Below, in pieces: positions 31,523-40,646 of a stretch of 64,000 nucleotides of DNA. The DNA is taken from the NCBI GenBank assembly GCA_965216875.1, contig OZ244207.1, positions 3,808,001 through 3,872,000 of the forward strand. The letters are read 5' to 3'. A program made the translations under genes and the position numbers. The DNA is from Rubripirellula sp. (GTDB lineage Bacteria > Planctomycetota > Planctomycetia > Pirellulales > Pirellulaceae). The first letter of the stretch is position 1. Each line of letters starts with the position of its first letter. The notes beneath the pieces are model-generated. The model was not told the origin of the DNA. It was given only the letters and a program-made list of their open reading frames with translations, and searched no databases.

Positions 31523-32947
31523 ATGAGCGAATTCCGAACCGAACACGACTCGATGGGCGACGTCCAAGTACCCTCAGATGCCTACTACGGCGCCCAGACT
31601 CAGCGCGCGGTCGAGAACTTTCCAATTTCAGGGTGGCGCCTACCACCCGCCATGATCTCGGCCATGGGCATGGTCAAGTATGCATGTGGCGTCGCCAATC
31701 GAGACCTCGGCAAACTGACCGGTTCCGGCAAGAACCCACTCGACGATGCCCAAGTCGAAGCACTGCTGCAAGCGGCCGACGAAGTCGCTCAAGGGGAACT
31801 CGCGGATCAATTCCCGATCGATGTCTTCCAAACCGGCAGCGGCACCAGCAGCAACATGAATGTCAACGAGGTGATCAGCAATCGAGCCACCGAAATCGCC
31901 GGTGGCGATCGGCTGTCGGCTGAAAAGCTCGTCCACCCCAACGACCACGTCAACATGGGGCAGAGCACCAACGACACCTTCCCAACGGCAATTCATGTTG
32001 CCACCGCCGTTCAAATCACCAACGCACTGATCCCGGCGCTTAAACGCATGCACGCCGCGTTGGCCGAAAAAGCAGCCGAGTGGGACAAGGTCATCAAGAT
32101 CGGCCGCACGCATTTGATGGATGCAACGCCGCTGCGACTGGGACAAGAATTTGGCGGCTTCGCTCGACAATTGGAACTTTCCATCGAACGCGCCGAAGCC
32201 GCACGCCAAGCCGTGCTGGAACTTCCCGTCGGTGGGACTGCCGTCGGAAGCGGAATCAACACACATCCCGAATTTGGCAGCCGCGTCGCAACCGAACTCG
32301 AAAAGAAAACGGGCATCCCTTTTGTCGAAGCGGTCAACCACTTCGAAGCAAACGCTCAACGCGATGCACTCGTCAAAACGCATGGCGACCTCAAATGCAT
32401 CGCTCAAACGCTATTCAACGTTGCCAACAACATCCGTTGGTTGGGAAGCGGCCCGCGTTGCGGGTTCTACGAGGTCAAGCTGCCGAGCCGCCAACCCGGC
32501 AGCTCGATCATGCCAGGCAAGGTGAACCCGGTGATGTGTGAATCATTGATGCAGTTGACCGCGCGCGTGATCGGAAACGATTCATGCATCACGATCAGCG
32601 GTGCTGCGGGCGGCAACTTCCAATTGAACATCATGATGCCGGTCATGGCCCACACCACGCTTGAATCGATCCACCTGCTCGCCAAGGGCACCGACGCGTT
32701 CGTCGAATTCTGTGTCGATGAAATGGAAGCCAACGAAGAGTCGTGTGAAGCCGCGGTCGAACAGAGCTTATCGATGTGCACGAGCCTGAACCCACTGATC
32801 GGCTACGAGCAAGCGGCCAAGCTCGCCAAAGAAGCTTTCAGCACCGGGCAAACGATTCGCCAACTCTGCCAAGAAAAGAACATCTTGCCAGAGGAAACGC
32901 TCAAAGAAGCACTCGACCCATGGACGATGACCGAGCCTCAAGAATAG
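31523..32947 (+). CDS. fumC: Fumarate hydratase class II
   Basis: RTEHDSMG, YGAQTQRA, QTGSGTSSNMN, HPNDHVN, GSSIMPGKVNP. Confidence 0.97.
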   Translation: MSEFRTEHDSMGDVQVPSDAYYGAQTQRAVENFPISGWRLPPAMISAMGMVKYACGVANRDLGKLTGSGKNPLDDAQVEALLQAADEVAQGELADQFPIDVFQTGSGTSSNMNVNEVISNRATEIAGGDRLSAEKLVHPNDHVNMGQSTNDTFPTAIHVATAVQITNALIPALKRMHAALAEKAAEWDKVIKIGRTHLMDATPLRLGQEFGGFARQLELSIERAEAARQAVLELPVGGTAVGSGINTHPEFGSRVATELEKKTGIPFVEAVNHFEANAQRDALVKTHGDLKCIAQTLFNVANNIRWLGSGPRCGFYEVKLPSRQPGSSIMPGKVNPVMCESLMQLTARVIGNDSCITISGAAGGNFQLNIMMPVMAHTTLESIHLLAKGTDAFVEFCVDEMEANEESCEAAVEQSLSMCTSLNPLIGYEQAAKLAKEAFSTGQTIRQLCQEKNILPEETLKEALDPWTMTEPQE

Positions 32948-32969
32948 AGCGTGCGTTGAAGGAACGCGT

Positions 32970-33098
32970 TGAGCCGCGATCGCGTAAGCGGCCGGGCCTT
33001 CGCTTCGGCCTTCGCTTCACCATAGCGACGCTCGCCAGAGCGTGGGGCAGTGGAGAGCGGCCAAACAACACAAACCACCTTCTGGCGAAGGTAGCTAC
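32970..33098. repeat. REP cluster (TGAGCCGCGATCG half element plus GTAGCTAC inverted pair)
   Basis: 32970-32998; 33022-33045 and 33075-33098. Confidence 0.85.
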
Positions 33099-33109
33099 AA
33101 ACATGCAAA

Positions 33110-34159
33110 CTAGTCGAAATCGATCCAGCAACATTCGACGTTCTGGACGTTGCCCGCGGCCAACTCGGCTTCGTTGATGCAAAAGTGCAAGCGGATCTCG
33201 ATCGTGTTGTCGATGCAAATCAACTTGCAATGGTCTGCATCGGGAAGATCGTTGTCGCCGGTCGTTGGCCGTGTGAAGCCCCCAATCCCCGTTCGATCAT
33301 CCGAGTCAATCTCCTCCAAGAGGCTCCAAAAACGATCGTAGCGCTCGTCCGAATAGGGAAATCGAACCACTTCGAACGCCCCGCTGTCGCTGGGCGGTGG
33401 CAACTCAAGAACTTCATGCATCTTCAAATCACCGACCGCGTCAAAGATCGCGTTCGCCTCGTCCTCTTCGAGCTCGGGTGGAGCTTCAAGCCGGACGAGA
33501 TTGGAAACATCGGGCGTGAACAGCACCAACGTGTCGGTCATTCCGATCGAGTCAATTTCGGAGCAACTGAAAACCGAAATCAAACCCTGATCGGGCAGCC
33601 CACGTCCAAATTGAGTCTCTGCGAGTTCAGCAACGTTGATCTGGCAAACAAAACTGCAAGGCAACTCGGGTTCAATGCCAGAATCGGCATCGTATAGTGC
33701 ATTGCAGTCCTTTTGTCGCGGCCAGGCGGTTCCGGGTGGCAAATCGGGCAACCCAAAAATCTTCGTCCCGCCGATCGGAATCGAAGCATCGCGGGTCAAT
33801 CCGGAATCGCTACTCGGTTCAAATGAAAACCGCAACGCTGGCTTGGTGACCTTCAAGAGTTCGTCTCGCAACTCTGAAAAACCGTGAGTCGCGATCGCCT
33901 TCATCATCGGAGCGCCAATCATGTTCGCCCAAGACCGTGGCACATCATCGAAATCGGGAAAATCCTCTGGATTCATGGTTTGAAAACTCGTCACGCAATC
34001 GCGCAGAAAGGCTGCGTGAATACGTTCGCCATGTTCATCCAGCCAATCGGCATAGACCAGCTTCGCCTCGTCGTCCATTCGATTGTCAATGACCTGTTGA
34101 AGCAACGACGCCTCCTCGTTGGAAAGCTTCGCCGATTCAACGTGCACGTGATCTGACAT
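33110..34159 (-). CDS. TIGR02996 domain fused to a YwqG/DUF1963-like domain
   Basis: DDEAKLVYADWLDEHGE; GGTKIFGLPDLPPGTAWP, FVCQIN, LPDQGLISVF. Confidence 0.8.
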   Translation of the reverse strand: MSDHVHVESAKLSNEEASLLQQVIDNRMDDEAKLVYADWLDEHGERIHAAFLRDCVTSFQTMNPEDFPDFDDVPRSWANMIGAPMMKAIATHGFSELRDELLKVTKPALRFSFEPSSDSGLTRDASIPIGGTKIFGLPDLPPGTAWPRQKDCNALYDADSGIEPELPCSFVCQINVAELAETQFGRGLPDQGLISVFSCSEIDSIGMTDTLVLFTPDVSNLVRLEAPPELEEDEANAIFDAVGDLKMHEVLELPPPSDSGAFEVVRFPYSDERYDRFWSLLEEIDSDDRTGIGGFTRPTTGDNDLPDADHCKLICIDNTIEIRLHFCINEAELAAGNVQNVECCWIDFD

Positions 34160-34168
34160 GATTCTCTT

Positions 34169-36091
34169 CTAGCTTGCAGGTTGACTGTCTTTGCGGGTTG
34201 CCAGTGAAACGACCACCAACGTGAGGAACGCGAGTGGAATCGTCACGATCCCAGGTTGGCTAAAGGGCGCCAGCGCGGTATCCGGATCCCATCCGTAGAC
34301 GCTCTTATAGGTATCGCCGGAAAGCAAGATCCAGCCCAACGAGGAAAACATTCCTACGACAACACTCGCGACGATTCCCTGCCGCGTGGTTCCCTTCCAG
34401 AACAACAGCATCACCAAGGCAGGCAGGTTTGCACTCGCCGCAACACTAAAGGCCCAGCCAACGAGGTACCCCACATTCAGCTCTTTAAAAAGAATGCCCA
34501 GCACAATCGCGATCGCGCCGACAATGACCGCGGCAATCTTCGCAACACGTACTTTCTGGCTTTCATTCATTTGAACGCCAAAGACACCCTGCATCAGGTC
34601 GTGCGCGACGGCACCACTGCTGGCAAGAATCAAACCGCTGACTGTCCCCAATACCGTGGTGAAGGCGATTGCCGAGATGATCGCAAACAGCCACTGGTTG
34701 ATACTGCGAGCAAGCAGCGGCGCGGCCATGTTGGTGTCGGTCGGGTCGAGCGCACCACTGGTCATCGCGCCCAAACCAAGGTAGAGCGTCAAGACATAAA
34801 AGAACCCGATACTGGCGATGCCCACGATCGTACTCTTTCGGGCTGCCGCACCATCTTTGACCGTGTAGTAGCGAATCAAGATGTGGGGCAGCGAAGCGGT
34901 GCCGCAAAAGAGCGCGAGCATCAAGGAGAGAAAATTCAATCGTCCGGTCGTATCGTCTTTCCGAATGCCGGCAAACTTCGGGTGTTCACCAGGACGCAGG
35001 ATCTGACCACCTGTTGTCGGCTTCTGGTAGTGCACCGTGGTTTTGCCAACTTCATGCACAACCGTGATGTCCTTTCGCCAAAGCATCACTTCCGAATCAC
35101 CCAGCGTGGTGAAGAACGAGACGGGGCCCACGGAACCGGTCTCGTCTTTGCCGTCGGGAAGTTTCGAGACATATCCGATCGGTTTGAATTGACGCTGCCC
35201 TTCGCCTCGACCAAAGGGGGCACCATCGATCAACCGTTCTTTGCCACCCGTCGTTTCACATTGAGCTTGGCGCAGGACCACCTGCTCACTTCCTTCGATC
35301 GAATCGACGTGAAAGAGATCGAAGCCAACTCGGTCGTCTCGTTGGAGTCGAATCAGTTCGGGATGGTTTTCCCAACCATCGGTTGCCGCAATCACATTGC
35401 GACCGTCAATCGTCGCACTCGAAAGCTGCGTCTGATCGATCGGTCCAATCGTTTGAAACGCTTCGTTGTTGGTTTCAAAACCTCGTGCAAACAACATCAT
35501 CACAAGGATCGCGCTAAAGACAACCAACAACGATCCTTTGAGGAACTGAACCCAGGTTGTCGAAACCATCCCAGCGGTCACGACGATGGTGATCACAACG
35601 ACGCCCACGATGATGACGCCAACCGAGTGATCCCAACCGAGCAACGGCTGGATCAGCGAGCCAGCGCCGACCATTTGGGGAATCAGGTAAAAGACACTCA
35701 CGACGAGAGTGCTGACGCCCGCCGCCAACTTGATCCCCCGCGAATCGAACTGAGCATCAAGCGCATCGGCAAACGTGAAGCGACCGAGCCGCTTCATCGG
35801 CTCGGCAATCACAAACAGCGCGACGATCCAGCCAGCCAAGAAACCGATCGAATACAAAAATCCGTCGTACCCGTAAAAGGCAATCATTCCGCAGATTCCC
35901 AGGAACGATGCAGCCGATAGGTAGTCGCCCGCAAAAGCGACACCATTGACTGCCCAAGGAATCTGGCCGTGAGCCGCGAAGTAGCCTTCCGACGACTTGG
36001 CTTTGCGACCAAGGAAGAAGCTCAATCCGATCGTGCCAAGGACAAACGCAAAGAAGACGGCGATGGCAATCCAAGAGGGGTCGTAGATCAT
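34169..36091 (-). CDS. actP: Cation/acetate symporter (sodium:solute symporter family)
   Basis: NGVAFAGDYLSAASFLG, GYDG, TTWVQ, GTASLPHILIRYYTV, AASANLP; preceded by a DUF485 gene. Confidence 0.9.
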   Translation of the reverse strand: MIYDPSWIAIAVFFAFVLGTIGLSFFLGRKAKSSEGYFAAHGQIPWAVNGVAFAGDYLSAASFLGICGMIAFYGYDGFLYSIGFLAGWIVALFVIAEPMKRLGRFTFADALDAQFDSRGIKLAAGVSTLVVSVFYLIPQMVGAGSLIQPLLGWDHSVGVIIVGVVVITIVVTAGMVSTTWVQFLKGSLLVVFSAILVMMLFARGFETNNEAFQTIGPIDQTQLSSATIDGRNVIAATDGWENHPELIRLQRDDRVGFDLFHVDSIEGSEQVVLRQAQCETTGGKERLIDGAPFGRGEGQRQFKPIGYVSKLPDGKDETGSVGPVSFFTTLGDSEVMLWRKDITVVHEVGKTTVHYQKPTTGGQILRPGEHPKFAGIRKDDTTGRLNFLSLMLALFCGTASLPHILIRYYTVKDGAAARKSTIVGIASIGFFYVLTLYLGLGAMTSGALDPTDTNMAAPLLARSINQWLFAIISAIAFTTVLGTVSGLILASSGAVAHDLMQGVFGVQMNESQKVRVAKIAAVIVGAIAIVLGILFKELNVGYLVGWAFSVAASANLPALVMLLFWKGTTRQGIVASVVVGMFSSLGWILLSGDTYKSVYGWDPDTALAPFSQPGIVTIPLAFLTLVVVSLATRKDSQPAS

Positions 36092-36351
36092 TTCGAGCCC
36101 CCCTCATCCGTAGGCTCTTGCCGACACAACGCTCCGTAAATCAGCGCCAAAATCAACGCGGCAATGATCAGGCCGAAACCATAAACGATCGCCAGATTGA
36201 GCCCGGACAAGACGACTCGTTCCATCAAGTCCGCCTTGAAGGCGTTGATGAAAACGAAGCCCAAGTAGAGCACGAGGTAAACGATGAACAGCACCATACC
36301 CAACCGGGTGTTGTAGCGGCGCGTGCTCGAAACAGGATCAGGATCAGACAT
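36088..36351 (-). CDS. DUF485 (YjcH-like) membrane protein
   Basis: Two TM helices, GLNLAIVYGFGLI; ATGA overlap with actP. Confidence 0.88.
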   Translation of the reverse strand: MSDPDPVSSTRRYNTRLGMVLFIVYLVLYLGFVFINAFKADLMERVVLSGLNLAIVYGFGLIIAALILALIYGALCRQEPTDEGGSK

Positions 36352-36506
36352 ACGGCAGGAATAGGTTCGCAATGGGAAAGGCGGGGCGCAGCATCGGCGC
36401 TGGGCTAATAACGTAACCAGTGGCAAGCCGCTCGTGTTGTTCCCCCGTCTTCGTTCACCGCGTCTTCGGTGCCCATCTTCGTCCACCGCGTCCTCGTTCC
36501 CGCGGT

Positions 36507-36673
36507 TTGCAATTGCGCTTCAACCAGCAGAAATCCTTGCCCAAGTACATCCAACTGAGCCGCGATCGCGTAAGCGGCCGGGCCTTCGTCGCCTTCACAC
36601 TCGCTGCGCGTCGGCAAGGGCCCGAGGCCCGACGGCCAGCGGCTCACGGGCACTGCCCAAACTGCGCAGGAAG
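36507..36673. repeat. ~170-bp dispersed element, copy 1
   Basis: Inverted homologue at 57023-57197; core is a TGAGCCGCGATCGCGTAAGCGGCCGGGC..GCGGCTCA pair. Confidence 0.9.
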
Positions 36674-36824
36674 ACCGTCGTTCTGCACCCTGCGGTCACC
36701 CCAGTTTCACATTCAGATCGCACGCTGCAAATTTCGAAAAAATGCGTCGCCAGCTGTAATCCTCGTCGGGCAGGGTCCATTTACTGATGTCAAACGAAAA
36801 CAAGCCGCCCACCGGGGATTCATC

Positions 36825-37943
36825 ATGAACACGCCAGCACCCAATCGACGCAACTTCTTCTTCACCGCCGCAGCCGCTTCGGCAGCCGCAGCCTCGGCAG
36901 GCACGGCAGGTGCCCACGTCGCAACTGCCGCCCCCCTTCCCACCAACCGAACCGATCGTGTCGAAGTGAACCACGAATGGGGAACGTTGAGGGAAGTGGT
37001 TTGTGGGATTCCGTTTTTGCAAATCCCGTCGACGCTCCCGAAAGCGGTTTACAACTACGCACCAACCGACGGAATCGCCTTTTTCGAGAAACATCCCGGC
37101 AAGACGCTCGCAGACGCCGACCCACAACTGTTTCAAAAGACACAACAGCAGATGAACGCTGCGGTCGATGTCTTACGAAAACGCGGTGTCAAAGTGCATC
37201 GCCCCGAAACGGTTGACGCTTCGGAACTGGCGTACCTCGATAACCTCTCACCGCCCTGCGCGATTCAGTTCTTTCCCCGTGATCCGATGCTCGTTGTCGG
37301 CAACCGGTTCATTGAAACCGAAATGAAGTTCCCGATTCGCCGCCGAGAGGTTTTCGGCATCCGTCGCGCCGTCTCCGATCGACTTGCCGCCAGCAACGCG
37401 CAAGTGGTGGCGATGCCGATGGCAAAGCCGACTCCCGAAACGGACGATGGCGACTGGGGACCAGGGCCGTTCCTCGAAGGGGGTGACGTCTTTGTATTGG
37501 GACGCGACATCTACGTCGGTGTTTCGGGCAACGCCAGCAACAGTGCGGGTGTGAAGTGGCTGGCCCAATACTTGGGAAGCGACTACCGCGTCCACGAAAT
37601 CGCACTCACGAATAAATTCCTCCATCTGGATTGTTGCCTTGCCACGCCACGTCCTGGCTTGGCCATCATCTGCCGGGAAGCGTTCGTTGACGGTATCCCC
37701 GAGTTCCTCAGTGGTTGGCAGTTGATTGATGTTTCGTTCAAAGACGCCAAAGAGAAACTGGGCTGCAACGGTTTGGTCATCGATGACAAAACGATCATGA
37801 TCGCAAGTGGTCTGGACGACCTCGCCAAACAACTCCGAGCCGCTGGCCAGAACGTCATCGAAACGCCATTCGATGCGGTCTACCAATACGGCGGAGCCTT
37901 CCGATGCTGGCACCATCCGCTCATCCGTGAAAGCACCCTGTAG
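36825..37943 (+). CDS. Amidinotransferase / arginine deiminase superfamily enzyme with Tat signal
   Basis: NRRNFF plus Ala-rich signal; EWGTLREVV, FPRDP, LEGGDV, HLDC, GGAFRCW. Confidence 0.88.
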   Translation: MNTPAPNRRNFFFTAAAASAAAASAGTAGAHVATAAPLPTNRTDRVEVNHEWGTLREVVCGIPFLQIPSTLPKAVYNYAPTDGIAFFEKHPGKTLADADPQLFQKTQQQMNAAVDVLRKRGVKVHRPETVDASELAYLDNLSPPCAIQFFPRDPMLVVGNRFIETEMKFPIRRREVFGIRRAVSDRLAASNAQVVAMPMAKPTPETDDGDWGPGPFLEGGDVFVLGRDIYVGVSGNASNSAGVKWLAQYLGSDYRVHEIALTNKFLHLDCCLATPRPGLAIICREAFVDGIPEFLSGWQLIDVSFKDAKEKLGCNGLVIDDKTIMIASGLDDLAKQLRAAGQNVIETPFDAVYQYGGAFRCWHHPLIRESTL

Positions 37944-37948
37944 ACAAA

Positions 37949-37990
37949 TCACTGTCACGCAAGTCACTGCCGCGCAAGTCACTGCCGCGC
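37949..37990. repeat. ~3 x 15-bp tandem repeat (TCACTGCCGCGCAAG)
   Basis: Read directly after the amidinotransferase stop. Confidence 0.8.
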
Positions 37991-38061
37991 CGGCGATGCA
38001 ACGACGCTGATTCCCCTCTCACCGGGAGTCGACCGACTCACGCATCGCCGGCGTTTTTTTT
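37988..38061 (+). terminator. Intrinsic terminator with a large structured loop
   Basis: CGCCGGCGATGC/GCATCGCCGGCG 12-bp stem followed by T8. Confidence 0.65.
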
Positions 38062-38135
38062 GTTGGATTGATGGACCGCTGCTGACCGACGAGCCGCTAC
38101 AATAGACGCTACGTCTAACTTCCAGGAGACTGCTG

Positions 38136-39032
38136 ATGGCTCGCTCGACCGCTCGTCTACTTTGCGTTTCTCTGTTCGCAATCGTGATCATTTCAAGTGG
38201 ACTCACCGACGAGCCGGGTCTTGGCGAAGAGTCCAGTCTTGCCGACCAGGATCCTCAGCAGGAATTCCAGCAGCGGATGCTCAAGGCCTACGACGACCGT
38301 TCAAAAGAGTTTGTGATTGAACTTGGTCCCGACGGACGAGCACTGAAGCGGCACCCCAAGTCGGTCTTCCATTGGATCAACACGGCGCGCGTCGGCGCGC
38401 CGCAAACCCACGAGGGCTCGGTCTACATTTGGACCGACCGGGGACGCGCCGAAGTGATTGGCACGATGTTCAGCGTGAAGCTTGATAGTCGCGACACCGC
38501 GCGGCTTTACGATGAGTTCCACTCCCTTTCAACCGCATCGGTCGTCGCCGCTGCTGGTGGAGCGGTCGTTTGGGAACCGGCCGAGCCGGGCATTACCCCC
38601 AAACCATTCCCGGGTGCGATCCCCGTCGCCAAATCAAAGTCGGCGCGACTGGCGCAAATGCGTCGACTCGCAAGGCAGTTCACTGGTTACAGCATCAACC
38701 GAGATGATGGCCGCTGGGAACTCGAACTGATCCCCCAACCACTGCATCGCACCGGTGATTCACACCCTGTGGTTTCCGACGGCGCCGTCTTCGCGCTCAA
38801 ATCGACCGCGGGAACGGACCCTGAAATCTTGCTGGTGATCGAAGTCCGTCAACTCGATGGACAACCGAAATGGCATTACTCGGTTTGTCGATTCACCGAT
38901 CTACGTTCAACCGTATTGCTGAATGATGAAATCGTTTGGGAATTGAAAGCGGGAGGCTTTTCGACCGCGGCGGGCAAGAACGATATCTATCGAACACTCA
39001 CCGGCCGCTCGTTCAATCCGCTCGAGGAGTAA
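38136..39032 (+). CDS. Secreted hypothetical protein
   Basis: AGGAG Shine-Dalgarno, signal-like N-terminus, RLAQMRRLARQF, DGAVFA, GTDPEILL. Confidence 0.82.
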   Translation: MARSTARLLCVSLFAIVIISSGLTDEPGLGEESSLADQDPQQEFQQRMLKAYDDRSKEFVIELGPDGRALKRHPKSVFHWINTARVGAPQTHEGSVYIWTDRGRAEVIGTMFSVKLDSRDTARLYDEFHSLSTASVVAAAGGAVVWEPAEPGITPKPFPGAIPVAKSKSARLAQMRRLARQFTGYSINRDDGRWELELIPQPLHRTGDSHPVVSDGAVFALKSTAGTDPEILLVIEVRQLDGQPKWHYSVCRFTDLRSTVLLNDEIVWELKAGGFSTAAGKNDIYRTLTGRSFNPLEE

Positions 39033-39053
39033 TAAGCATCGAGCGCGCGTGAC

Positions 39054-39178
39054 GCTACTTTCGCGGAGCGAAAGGCGACTCTTTGCGCGGCACTCTAAGG
39101 CCCGGAGAGGGGCTGTTTTGTAACGATCATTCCCTCCCCGGACTTTTGCGTCCGACCCTCCCGCAAGCGGGAGGGTGT
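39054..39178. repeat. Palindromic repeat cluster
   Basis: CTTTCGCGGAGCGAAAG element 39054-39079; ACCCTCCCGC-AA-GCGGGAGGGT hairpin 39155-39176. Confidence 0.7.
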
Positions 39179-39212
39179 TTATTTGCGGTCGCTCCTTGAT
39201 TCGGAATACTTG

Positions 39213-40646
39213 CTATTCCACTTCGTAACGTTTCAATCGTTCGCGAAGGGTGCCGCGGTGGATTCCCAACAATTCGGCGGCGGCCGCTCGGTTTCCGCCC
39301 GTGTGCTCGAGCACCACGCGCAACAGCGCCGGCTCCGCTGCCGCCAGGAATGCCTCGTGCAAATCGCCTTCGACCGCTTCTGATTCAAGCCGACTTCGTG
39401 TCCATGACTCGACCGCGGCGTCCACTGACGTCCCGGTCGCTCCGCCCATGCCGTTTTGCGGGTCTGGAAAGTCAGAAAGAACCAGCGGTCGACCGCGTGC
39501 CACGACCGAAGCGTGTTCGACCGCATTGCGAAGCTCGCGGACATTGCCCCACCATGGCCGTTGTTGCAATTGCTCGATCAATTCGTCGTCCATCGCCGAA
39601 TCGGGCGACGGGTAACCGATCCGCTGCAAAAAGAAACGACACAGCAACGGCAGGTCTTCCATCCGATGCCTTAGCGGCGGCAGTCGAATGGAAACGGCGG
39701 CCAACCGATACAACAAGTCCTCTCGAAACGTTCCTTCGGCAACCGCTTCTTGCAAATCGCGGTTGGTCGCTGCAATCACGCGCACGTTGCATTGACGCGG
39801 ACGCACGTCGCCGACCGCGGTGAATTCTCCCTGCTCGATCACACGCAACAACTTGACTTGCGCGGCCATCGGAAGGTCGCCGATTTCATCAAGCAACACG
39901 GTTCCGCCATCGGCAAGTTCGAACAACCCTCGTCGGTCCTCCGACGCGCCGGTGTAAGCACCTTTGACGTGGCCAAACAATTCGCTTTCGATCACCGATT
40001 CATTCAACGTCACCGGCGCGACCGCCAAGTAGGCTTGATCGCTTCGCTGGCTATGACGGTGAATCGCAGCCGCAACGAGTTCTTTGCCCGTTCCGGTCTC
40101 GCCCGTGATCATGACGGAAAGATCACTGTCGGCGACCAAAGCGATTTGGCGAAAGACTTGTTGCATTTCGGCCGAGCGTCCAACCAAAACCGATGCGTCA
40201 GAAGGCCGCTGGGCGGATTCATCCGATTGCTCGGGAACATCCTCGGCAACCACTACGCGAGCTCGCATCGCCTGACGGCATGTCTTGGCAGCGTCCTCGA
40301 GTCGGAACGGCTTGGTCAGATAATCGGTCGCACCATTTTGTACTGCGCCAACGGCTGTTTCCAAATCGCCAAACGCGGTCATCACGACGACCGGTGCGTC
40401 GTCAGTCGCCTCGCGGAATTTGGGAAGTGCCGTGATGCCATCCATACCGGGCAGTCGAACATCAAGCACCACCAAGTCGACGTCGTTTTCGTTTGCCAGT
40501 TGCAACCCTTCCTCAGCCGAGGAAGCGGTGATGACTTGCGTTCCGTCTTCACCGAGCAATTGTTCGAATCCCCAGCAAATCGACGGTTCGTCGTCAACGA
40601 CCAGAACGACCGAACGACCTGCTGCGTTACCTTTCCCCTGTGTCAT
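39213..40646 (-). CDS. Sigma54-dependent response regulator (NtrC family; REC-AAA-HTH)
   Basis: [60 protein letters not shown], Fis-type HTH. Confidence 0.96.
   Translation of the reverse strand: MTQGKGNAAGRSVVLVVDDEPSICWGFEQLLGEDGTQVITASSAEEGLQLANENDVDLVVLDVRLPGMDGITALPKFREATDDAPVVVMTAFGDLETAVGAVQNGATDYLTKPFRLEDAAKTCRQAMRARVVVAEDVPEQSDESAQRPSDASVLVGRSAEMQQVFRQIALVADSDLSVMITGETGTGKELVAAAIHRHSQRSDQAYLAVAPVTLNESVIESELFGHVKGAYTGASEDRRGLFELADGGTVLLDEIGDLPMAAQVKLLRVIEQGEFTAVGDVRPRQCNVRVIAATNRDLQEAVAEGTFREDLLYRLAAVSIRLPPLRHRMEDLPLLCRFFLQRIGYPSPDSAMDDELIEQLQQRPWWGNVRELRNAVEHASVVARGRPLVLSDFPDPQNGMGGATGTSVDAAVESWTRSRLESEAVEGDLHEAFLAAAEPALLRVVLEHTGGNRAAAAELLGIHRGTLRERLKRYEVE

Noticed and set aside
36420..36824. 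135-aa N-terminal extension of the amidinotransferase in the ORF track
   Set aside because: Runs through the dispersed repeat; the Tat signal marks ATG 36825 as the start. Similar over-extended starts were trimmed for eno, fumC, rsmA, tmk, cheY, VanZ and the barrel protein
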